A DNA stretch of 27,219 nt, taken from a virus. Its lineage: Duplodnaviria > Caudoviricetes. A model generated the notes under the pieces. It saw nothing but the letters and a program-made list of their open reading frames with translations. It was not told where the DNA came from and made no database searches. Of this stretch, positions 7,197 to 13,751 are shown one piece after another. A program made the translations under genes and the position numbers. Numbering within the stretch: the stretch's first letter is position 1; each line of letters begins with the position of its first letter. The DNA lies in IMG/VR virus record IMGVR_UViG_3300020045_005002, positions 1 through 27,219 of that record, one strand, 5' to 3'.

Positions 7197-7437
7197 ACAA
7201 GGCGTTTCCGTTGACCCTAAAATTATGGGAGGGCAGACCTGTATTGCTGGCCACCGGATGCCAACTTGGCAGATTAAGAGCATGGCCAAAGCTGGTTACA
7301 GTATCGCCAAAATGCAGCGCGAATTTCCGTGGCTGACTCATAGCCACATTGCTTGTGCACTCGCATGGGAGTTTCGGACGCAGCGAGAGCGTGACGCAAT
7401 TTTAAAGGCTGTCCTACAGGAGCCGACTAATGGATAA
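7177..7437 (+). CDS. DUF433-family (antitoxin-like) protein
   Basis: 'VSVDPKIMGGQTCIAGHRMP...GYSIAKMQREFPWLTHSHIACALAW' matches the DUF433 pattern DP.i.gG.P.i.GtRi...P.Lt..dI.aAL.y. Confidence 0.85.
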   Translation: MMAVIIEQGVSVDPKIMGGQTCIAGHRMPTWQIKSMAKAGYSIAKMQREFPWLTHSHIACALAWEFRTQRERDAILKAVLQEPTNG

Positions 7438-7834
7438 CCAGAAACTATCAGAGCGCGTTGAGGCTGGTCAAATCAAGGCGCTGTCAATCAAGCAGCCTTG
7501 GCCGCACCGCATATTCCACGAAGGCAAGGACATCGAGAACCGCGACTGGCCAACAAAAGGCCGTGGCTGGTTTATCATTCACGCTGGCAAAACGAGCGAC
7601 GGCATACCGTCAGCCTATGGGCAAGTGCCGATGGGAGGGATTGTTGGTATGGCGCGCATTGTCGATTGCGTAGATAAATCCGATAGCGAATGGTTTTTCG
7701 GCAAGTTTGGCTTTGTGCTGGCCGATGCATTCCCCGTAGATCTGATACCCTGCAAGGGTGCGCTTGGCTTTTTCAATCCGCCAGCAGATGCGATGGCCGC
7801 ACTCGCAGCTGCCCTTCAAGAAAAGGATTTGTGA
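7430..7834 (+). CDS. ASCH-domain protein
   Basis: 'KALSIKQPW...GKDIENRDWPT..RG...IHAGK...GGIVG...PCKGALGFF'. Confidence 0.9.
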   Translation: MDNQKLSERVEAGQIKALSIKQPWPHRIFHEGKDIENRDWPTKGRGWFIIHAGKTSDGIPSAYGQVPMGGIVGMARIVDCVDKSDSEWFFGKFGFVLADAFPVDLIPCKGALGFFNPPADAMAALAAALQEKDL

Positions 7835-8061
7835 TGAGCGATATAGAAGAAAGATACCGCAGGAGTGGATCGGAAAGTTTTGGAACTTGGGGCAGCGCGT
7901 CTGAACACAAGCGTTACATGGTCCCCAAGGAAAGCAAAGCAAGGCGTCGTTGCCCGTGCTGCAAGAGGCGCGCAACGCATTACGGCATGGCAAATGGCGT
8001 GACCTTAATTTCTGGCTGCGAATGGGCAGTCGCTAAGTGGGTAAGGAATCCAAATGGATAA
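7834..8061 (+). CDS. Hypothetical protein (CPCC motif)
   Basis: TGATG coupling; MSDIEERYRR...RRRCPCCKRRATHYGMANG. Confidence 0.65.
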   Translation: MSDIEERYRRSGSESFGTWGSASEHKRYMVPKESKARRRCPCCKRRATHYGMANGVTLISGCEWAVAKWVRNPNG

Positions 8062-8272
8062 AGCAGAACAGCCGACAATTACGCAGGCTTTGAAGCCGTG
8101 TCCATTTTGCCAAGCCAAAGCCACTTGGCGACCAATGACAGAGGAGTTGGAAATTCCATTCGGTGTGCTTGTCGATCATGCGGAGGGTTGCTGGCTGAAC
8201 TACGAAAAAACGCTGCAATCTTCTTTCGACGATTTGCCTGAACGCTGGAACACAAGGAGTGAGGGCAAATGA
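8054..8272 (+). CDS. Lar-like (restriction alleviation) family protein
   Basis: 'LKPCPFC...WNTR' signature. Confidence 0.7.
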   Translation: MDKAEQPTITQALKPCPFCQAKATWRPMTEELEIPFGVLVDHAEGCWLNYEKTLQSSFDDLPERWNTRSEGK

Positions 8273-8652
8273 GCGCAAAGGCGGTGTTTTGGTCAAAGGT
8301 AGACAAGCAAGGGCTAGACGGTTGCTGGCTATGGAACGGCGCGAAAAACGGCAAGGGGTATGGTAATTTTCGTTCCAGATCAGCGCACGTTGTGTCTTAT
8401 GAATTTTCTAAAGGCGCAGTGCCGTCAGGCTTGCAAATTGACCATCTTTGCCGGGTGCGGAATTGCGTCAATCCAGCACATTTAGAAGCAGTCACGGCGC
8501 TTGTTAACGTCAAGAGAGCGCAGATTACGCACTGCAAATGGGGCCACGAATTGTCTGGTGACAATATCGTTCTTTATCCAAGGCCAGATGGAGTGCGGCG
8601 CAGATGCTTACAATGCCGCGAAAGACATTCTCTAAGTAGGAGCAAGAAATGA
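8269..8652 (+). CDS. HNH homing endonuclease
   Basis: 'FWSKVDK..CWLWNG...GYG...AHVVSYE...IDHLCRVRNCVNPAHLEAVT...THCKWGH'. Confidence 0.92.
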   Translation: MSAKAVFWSKVDKQGLDGCWLWNGAKNGKGYGNFRSRSAHVVSYEFSKGAVPSGLQIDHLCRVRNCVNPAHLEAVTALVNVKRAQITHCKWGHELSGDNIVLYPRPDGVRRRCLQCRERHSLSRSKK

Positions 8653-9161
8653 CCCGCACCACATCACTAGCCGCGCAGGAATACGGCAAGGCCCATACAG
8701 ATGGCAGTCGCTCTGGCGGACAGCCACCGCGTCACCCGACGCAGGTCAAAGGTAATTGCCCAACTTGCGGACAACCACATATAGCCGCGCAGGATGGGCT
8801 GATGGAGGCTTTGCAGGATATGACAGACCATTATGTGCGCTTGATCGACAGCGGGGATGCTGGAAGTTGGAACCCCAGAGACGAACCTGTCGTGCAGCGA
8901 GCCTTAGCCGCCCTATCCCTCATGCAGCCCGAAATCGACAGCCGCGTGGCAGAGGAACGGGCGAAGCTGTTGGAGCGGTTGCGTGGGCTTGAACTTGCAG
9001 GATCGGCCTTTGCTCAACTTCGCAGCACGATAGCAATTCGCTTTGACGGGATGACCGAGACCAGCCTTTGGTTCGCGCTCAACAAGGCGTTCGATGACCT
9101 TGCCAATGCAAGAGCCGTGCTCGCCCAATTTGAAAAGGAAAACAGCCATGAACAAGGATGA
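8649..9161 (+). CDS. Hypothetical accessory protein (mosaic, CPTCG motif)
   Basis: ATGA-coupled 170-aa ORF. Confidence 0.7.
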   Translation: MTRTTSLAAQEYGKAHTDGSRSGGQPPRHPTQVKGNCPTCGQPHIAAQDGLMEALQDMTDHYVRLIDSGDAGSWNPRDEPVVQRALAALSLMQPEIDSRVAEERAKLLERLRGLELAGSAFAQLRSTIAIRFDGMTETSLWFALNKAFDDLANARAVLAQFEKENSHEQG

Positions 9162-9300
9162 GATTGCGGGGCTGATACGCGACCTCGCCAACACCGGCCT
9201 TGCGGTAACGAAGGGTGGTAAGCGCGTTGACCCGATGGATTTCTATGCGGAAATACCGCAGCCGGAGAACGCATCCGACGCACTGGAGAGCCAGCCATGA
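9148..9300 (+). CDS. Small hypothetical protein
   Basis: AAGGA RBS before MNKDEIAGL. Confidence 0.55.
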   Translation: MNKDEIAGLIRDLANTGLAVTKGGKRVDPMDFYAEIPQPENASDALESQP

Positions 9301-9572
9301 TTGACCAGAAAGCGCGGGAGATTGCGGAGCAGTGCGTTAGTCTGTCTAGCATAGAACAGGCACCAAGGGTAGTAGCCGCCCGTCTCGGTATTATCGAAGG
9401 GCTGGAAATGGCTGCGAAGCGCGTTGAAGCTATGGCAGACGCAAGGCGGGCAGAATACAATGCCCTTGAAAATAAGCAGTCGGAACTGGCGCGAGAAATT
9501 ATTGCAAGAGTGGCCGTGCTAGAACTTGCGGCCACAACCATCCGCGCACCTATAGAGGAGAGCAAGGGGTGA
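9297..9572 (+). CDS. Hypothetical helical protein
   Basis: GGAG RBS, ATGA overlap. Confidence 0.7.
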   Translation: MIDQKAREIAEQCVSLSSIEQAPRVVAARLGIIEGLEMAAKRVEAMADARRAEYNALENKQSELAREIIARVAVLELAATTIRAPIEESKG

Positions 9573-9784
9573 GTGACCTTATATCAAGAGAAGCGGCTAT
9601 TGCGCTGATTGAGGCTTTGCCACCGATGTTTTCAGCACGAGACGCCATCGAAGCACTCACCAACATGCCGAGCGCGGCGACTGTAACCGGAGCGCCAACG
9701 CTGACAATTACATACACGGAACGCGATGCCTTGGACGACATGGACGATGATGACTTGCAATGGTGGCTAGAAAACAAGGACTAG
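9569..9784 (+). CDS. Hypothetical protein
   Basis: 'MSDLISREAAI' N-terminus common in phage accessory genes; GTGA overlap. Confidence 0.7.
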   Translation: MSDLISREAAIALIEALPPMFSARDAIEALTNMPSAATVTGAPTLTITYTERDALDDMDDDDLQWWLENKD

Positions 9785-9795
9785 GCGAACATTCC

Positions 9796-9939
9796 ATGAC
9801 ACTCAAACCCGCCCTCGCCAAACTCCTATGCGGCCTATCCCCTGCCCAAGCGGCTGCTGTGTTTGCAACCTTCTTTGCAACGCTGATAGTGGCTATCGTG
9901 CTGGCTTGGGTGTTTAGGAAATGGAATGCCAGAGCATGA
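9796..9939 (+). CDS. Small single-pass membrane protein (47 aa), paralog B
   Basis: Not in track; MTLKPALAKLLCGLSPAQAAAVFATFFATLIVAIVLAWVFRKWNARA; ATGA-coupled to the next gene. Confidence 0.65.
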   Translation: MTLKPALAKLLCGLSPAQAAAVFATFFATLIVAIVLAWVFRKWNARA

Positions 9940-10115
9940 CAGACGCCATAATCCTGAAAGCCCGCGAACTGGCAGTTGAAAGCAAGCTACATGGCCATGT
10001 TGTCGAACGGGCTATATTGAACGGGGCTTATGATAAAGGAACGATGGTAACAAGATGGCTGCCAGATGCAGAACGGTTGGTTCTGGCTAATCGGGAAGAA
10101 GTGATTGAGGAGTGA
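9936..10115 (+). CDS. Hypothetical protein, last gene of the rightward operon
   Basis: ATGA overlap; MTDAIILKARE... Confidence 0.65.
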   Translation: MTDAIILKARELAVESKLHGHVVERAILNGAYDKGTMVTRWLPDAERLVLANREEVIEE

Positions 10116-10655
10116 TTACTCGACCGCCCGTGCCCATTCCTGCAACGCCTCCAGCTTTGCAAAAGCCTGTGCGCTAAGTTCTAAATCCGCGACGGGGACA
10201 ATTGCGTATTCTTCAGGAAGGTCGGCAAGTCCACTTTCTCCAACAGTTCCGCTGGCGGCTTCGCCTGCACTGGACAGATTGGCTTGGCCGGTTGCACGTC
10301 GATTGTTTTGCAGCCAGTTACGCAAAGCAGCATCGTTAGCAGCAAGCCGCTTTTGATAGTCGAGTTTTGCATTTTCTGCCTTTCGTTTGTTTTCCGCTTC
10401 AATGCGGGCTTTTTCCTCAATGGCCAGTTTGGTTGCCAGCTTTTGCGCTTCCTTGAAACTGACTAGCTGACCAGTTAGCTTTTCGTTTTCTGCCTTCAGA
10501 CCGTTGGCATTGAAATACCAATATGCGCAGCCCGTCAAAAGCACTGCTATGGCTACGTGACGAAGGTCTGAAAAAACCCAAGCTGCAACAGATCGCAGCA
10601 ACCGCCAAAGCGATTCAGCTACGCCCGCCAGCTTTATTAAAAAAGCTATCGGCAT
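10116..10655 (-). CDS. Rz-like inner-membrane spanin
   Basis: N-terminal TM (HVAIAVLLTGCAYWYF) then coiled coil; end of lysis cassette; AAGGA RBS before MPIAFL. Confidence 0.8.
   Translation of the reverse strand: MPIAFLIKLAGVAESLWRLLRSVAAWVFSDLRHVAIAVLLTGCAYWYFNANGLKAENEKLTGQLVSFKEAQKLATKLAIEEKARIEAENKRKAENAKLDYQKRLAANDAALRNWLQNNRRATGQANLSSAGEAASGTVGESGLADLPEEYAIVPVADLELSAQAFAKLEALQEWARAVE
10181..10372 (-). CDS. Rz1-like outer-membrane lipoprotein spanin, embedded in an alternate frame
   Basis: MQNSTIKSGLLLTMLLCVTG-C lipobox, Pro-rich mature part (QPAKPICPVQAKPP), wholly inside the Rz-like gene. Confidence 0.8.
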   Translation of the reverse strand: MQNSTIKSGLLLTMLLCVTGCKTIDVQPAKPICPVQAKPPAELLEKVDLPTFLKNTQLSPSRI

Positions 10656-10682
10656 TGATTTTCCTTGAAAATATGCTATAAG
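10655..10682 (+). promoter_or_regulatory. Putative promoter for the antisense HNH gene
   Basis: TTGATT-N16-TATAAG with TGn extension. Confidence 0.5.
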
Positions 10683-10684
10683 GC

Positions 10685-10740
10685 GGGCGGCGCGTGTTGG
10701 AAGCATCGCGCCGCCCTATCAAACGAACGTAGGAGGTTCG
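10685..10740 (+). promoter_or_regulatory. Structured 5' leader of the HNH gene
   Basis: Perfect 10-bp stem GGGCGGCGCG/CGCGCCGCCC around TGTTGGAAGCAT; second stem CGAAC/GTTCG enclosing the AGGAGG RBS. Confidence 0.6.
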
Positions 10741-10741
10741 A

Positions 10742-11266
10742 ATGACTGCGAAAGCGCTACCCGCGCAAGACTATTTGCGCAAGTTGCTTGATTACGATCC
10801 CGAAACCGGAAAACTCACTTGGAAGTATCGCGAAGGCGGTTATGCCCCTTGGAATGGCCGCTTTGCAGGAAAGCCCGCATTCACTCGCAATCAGGACGGT
10901 TACGCAACCGGCTCCCTGTATGGAAAGTCATTTTTAGCACACAGAGTGATTTGGAAATGGTTTTATGGAACCGAGCCGGTGCAAATCGATCACATCAACG
11001 GGGATCGTGGAGACAACCGAATTGCCAATTTACGCAATGTCACCAATGCAGAAAACTGTAGGAACCAGTGCCGCAGGCCACACAACACGAGCGGAGTGAC
11101 TGGCGTTGTTTGGGTAAAGTCGTTGCGGAAGTGGAAAGGCCAAATCATGCAGAATGGCAAGAACTTTCACCTTGGTTATTATGATCAATTTGAACAGGCT
11201 GTTGCCGCCAGAAAAAATGCCGAAAAAAGGCTAGGCTTTCACGTTAATCATGGGCGCGCTGCATGA
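10742..11266 (+). CDS. HNH homing endonuclease with AP2-like C-terminal domain
   Basis: 'LDYDPETGKLTW...AHRVIW...IDHINGDRGDNRIANLRNVT..EN..N...NTSGVTGV.W...KW...HLGYY...AVAARK.AE'. Confidence 0.95.
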   Translation: MTAKALPAQDYLRKLLDYDPETGKLTWKYREGGYAPWNGRFAGKPAFTRNQDGYATGSLYGKSFLAHRVIWKWFYGTEPVQIDHINGDRGDNRIANLRNVTNAENCRNQCRRPHNTSGVTGVVWVKSLRKWKGQIMQNGKNFHLGYYDQFEQAVAARKNAEKRLGFHVNHGRAA

Positions 11267-11357
11267 TCCTTGCCGTTTGCACAAGCAGCAACGTGCCAAG
11301 CAAGGCTAAGGCAGTGCCGTATAGGATGCGTTTCCAGTTTGCGATTAGGGCTATCAT
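11244..11357 (-). pseudogene. Probable N-terminal remnant of an ancestral i-spanin gene
   Basis: ATGA-coupled to the holin, GGAAGG RBS; MIALIANWKRILYGTALALLGTLLLVQTARI then runs into the HNH 3' end. Confidence 0.45.
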
Positions 11358-11632
11358 TCTTCACCCTTCCGCATGTCGGTTATTTCAATCCCGTCTTTGC
11401 CAGCCTTGAAACTGCGCTTCACAAACAGCGCAGTAAAAGCAGTCAAGCCAAGGGCAATCTGAGCATGTGCGGCAAGGGCAAGCCAGAACGACAGGCCAGC
11501 ATCCTTGCGCACGATATATACGCCGAACGCGGCAAACAGCGTCATAGTGACGCAGCCGCCAAGGATTGCAAGGAACGCCCAAGCGCGTCGGCCATCGGGA
11601 GTGATTATGGGCGGCCATTTACTCATCGCCAT
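11354..11632 (-). CDS. Putative holin (2 TM)
   Basis: Two hydrophobic helices, charged C-tail, in the lysis cassette; alternative start at 11626. Confidence 0.7.
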   Translation of the reverse strand: MAMSKWPPIITPDGRRAWAFLAILGGCVTMTLFAAFGVYIVRKDAGLSFWLALAAHAQIALGLTAFTALFVKRSFKAGKDGIEITDMRKGEE

Positions 11633-11870
11633 ATATCCCCTGAATAAGCTGGTGCTGCGCTATGGTGAGCGTGGCAATGCAGCTTTTGGTATCGGTTTGA
11701 CCCCACCTGAATATCTGAATATCGCCGGATTCGTGAACCTGAAGGCACACCATCGACACAGTGCGGTCGTTGTCTTCCGTTTCGGTTTCCACATTGTCAG
11801 CCGATTGGCGCAGCATGGCGGGAATATCGGCGCAGTTCGCCTCGAACAGGGTTATGACTTCGGCGGTCAT
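11619..11870 (-). CDS. Hypothetical protein in lysis cassette
   Basis: ATGA-coupled to the endolysin; MTAEVITLF... Confidence 0.7.
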   Translation of the reverse strand: MTAEVITLFEANCADIPAMLRQSADNVETETEDNDRTVSMVCLQVHESGDIQIFRWGQTDTKSCIATLTIAQHQLIQGIYGDE

Positions 11871-12289
11871 CCCGGCATTCCCTGCGAGAGCCACCACGAC
11901 ACATCGAAGCTAGGGCAAGCCTTGGCCACCCCCGGCCATTCGTTATGGCCCTTCACTTCAATACCGGGATAGCGTTCCTGATACGTGCGCACTAATGTCC
12001 GAAGGCTGGCAATCTGCGCAGGCGTTCGGGTGTCTTTGGGAACCTTGTTTGTCTTATCGACGCCGCCGATGTAGCAAATCCCGATGTTGCCAGTGTTGCG
12101 CTTGCCTACGTGCGCGCCCTTCTGGTTGTCTTTCAGGGTCTGGTGCATCGAGCCGTCAAGTTCGATAACCCAATGGTAGCTGGTCTGGCCAAACTTTGCT
12201 TTGTCCCATGCGGTGATTTGCTCATGGGTGACGTGGCGGCCTTCGGGGGTCGCAGCACAGTGAATGGTTAGGTATTTGATGGGCAACAT
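11867..12289 (-). CDS. Endolysin, N-acetylmuramoyl-L-alanine amidase (Amidase_2, T7 lysozyme-like)
   Basis: 'IHCAATPEG...YHWVI...GAHV...NTGNIGICYIGG...GHNE...KACPSF' Zn-amidase motifs. Confidence 0.95.
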   Translation of the reverse strand: MLPIKYLTIHCAATPEGRHVTHEQITAWDKAKFGQTSYHWVIELDGSMHQTLKDNQKGAHVGKRNTGNIGICYIGGVDKTNKVPKDTRTPAQIASLRTLVRTYQERYPGIEVKGHNEWPGVAKACPSFDVSWWLSQGMPG

Positions 12290-13434
12290 TATGCGGCCTC
12301 CAGCATTTCGGGGGTGACAGTGACAGTGCCGACTTCACCAAACTTTTTGTGATAAGTGATGGCGGTGATGGCGCGTTCGGAATACCAGCCCCCACGCGCT
12401 GCATAAGCGTCACGGGCTGCCAAAGTAGGATGTTGGATAACCCGTGCGCCGGGATGCTCCTTGTCCTCTTTATGGTGTCGGTGTCCGGTGTGAATATATC
12501 GCTTGCTGGTCTGCCCCCAATGCGCTGAAAACTGCGCGGCAAACAACAATGGCAAATCGGCATTTTTGCGCAAATGCCCGTGATGGAAGCCAAGCATTGT
12601 GGCTCCCCAGTTTATCACATAATAGGGCAATTCGCTGTCATGCACCGTTATGCGCGGTTCGTTTTCGTATAATGCGCCGAATAGTTTTCGCAGCCAGAGC
12701 GATGACGCCAGATCATGATTACCCTCCACTATCAGCAGGGTAACGTGCGAATGTTTCTGAAGGGCAAGGGCGACCAGTTGGCGTATCAGCCGGATGGACA
12801 CTTCGACAACGCGCCCGAAGCGGCTGTCTGCGTCCAATACGTGTCCATGCGTCGGGGTGATAGGCGCGAACCCGTCATAATGCACGAAGTCGCCTTGTAT
12901 GTTCACGATGCCGTGACTGGAATCCGGCGCACCGGAAACAAGCGCCTGCATTGCTTTGATGCCAGTTGCCTCGGCAATCGTGCAGTCCCAGTCATCGCCG
13001 CCTTCGCGATGCCAAGCCAACATCCCGACATGATAATCGGTGAAGGTGTAAAGCGTCGCCAGACAGCCCTGTGAAGCGTCAGGAGCAACGATAGGGGCGC
13101 AAGGGGTAATCTCCTCCGCCATTGCCTTCACAGCGGCTTCTAGAAGTTCCTGCTGCCGTTCACGGTCAAGCGATGACTTGACCCATTGCCCTGTTGGTTT
13201 GCCTTCAGCGTTGTAATAGGTCGATACGCCCTTGACCAGATAGCCTTCAGGGACAGGATGCTTCATATCATGTTCGGGTGAATTGCCCCGCCTTGCAGCC
13301 AGAACAATCCAATGCTGAAATGTAGAACGCGGGACGCCTAGTTGTTCAGCAGTCTTTTGCTTGTTGAATTTGTTTTGCTCATAAAGCTGCATAGCTTCGG
13401 CAAGGCGTTCGTCACTTGGTCCATATGCTGGCAA
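12289..13434 (-). CDS. N-terminal HTH + calcineurin-like metallophosphoesterase
   Basis: HTH 'NKQKTAEQLGVPRSTFQHW'; motifs DYH, GDFVH, GNHD, HHGH, GHRHH; TTG start with GAGG RBS. Confidence 0.85.
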   Translation of the reverse strand: MPAYGPSDERLAEAMQLYEQNKFNKQKTAEQLGVPRSTFQHWIVLAARRGNSPEHDMKHPVPEGYLVKGVSTYYNAEGKPTGQWVKSSLDRERQQELLEAAVKAMAEEITPCAPIVAPDASQGCLATLYTFTDYHVGMLAWHREGGDDWDCTIAEATGIKAMQALVSGAPDSSHGIVNIQGDFVHYDGFAPITPTHGHVLDADSRFGRVVEVSIRLIRQLVALALQKHSHVTLLIVEGNHDLASSLWLRKLFGALYENEPRITVHDSELPYYVINWGATMLGFHHGHLRKNADLPLLFAAQFSAHWGQTSKRYIHTGHRHHKEDKEHPGARVIQHPTLAARDAYAARGGWYSERAITAITYHKKFGEVGTVTVTPEMLEAA

Positions 13435-13437
13435 GAC

Positions 13438-13575
13438 TCACCTCTTGGTTGCGACACCGATAAAGATGCCTAGAAACAGAAGAATTAACGCGCCCTCGCT
13501 TGGTGCGAGTAGAAACGCTCCCGAAAAGACAAGTAGCCACAGGGCTAGTCTCGCGGAGTGGGGCGGTTTTTCCAC
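13438..13575 (-). CDS. Small 2-TM membrane protein (45 aa)
   Basis: Not in track; GTG start after GAGG; VEKPPHSARLALWLLVFSGAFLLAPSEGALILLFLGIFIGVATKR fills the gap exactly. Confidence 0.45.
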   Translation of the reverse strand: MEKPPHSARLALWLLVFSGAFLLAPSEGALILLFLGIFIGVATKR

Positions 13576-13751
13576 CGAGCCTCAACCCAATCGTAGATGC
13601 GCAGCCCCGTCCAAATGATTGTCAGCAAAGCGGCAAGCGAAGGCAAAAGGCTCACAAGCGTCCCCACGGCTACAGAAATTGAAACGAAGTCGAGGAGATG
13701 CTTTGCGCCATCGCCTAGATGGTCGAGAATGTGATGCGGCTTCATGGTCAA
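13545..13751 (-). CDS. Small membrane protein, holin-like
   Basis: Hydrophobic 'FVSISVAVGTLVSLLPSLAALLTIIWTGLRIY' with basic tail; directly after the tailspike. Confidence 0.7.
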   Translation of the reverse strand: MTMKPHHILDHLGDGAKHLLDFVSISVAVGTLVSLLPSLAALLTIIWTGLRIYDWVEARWKNRPTPRD

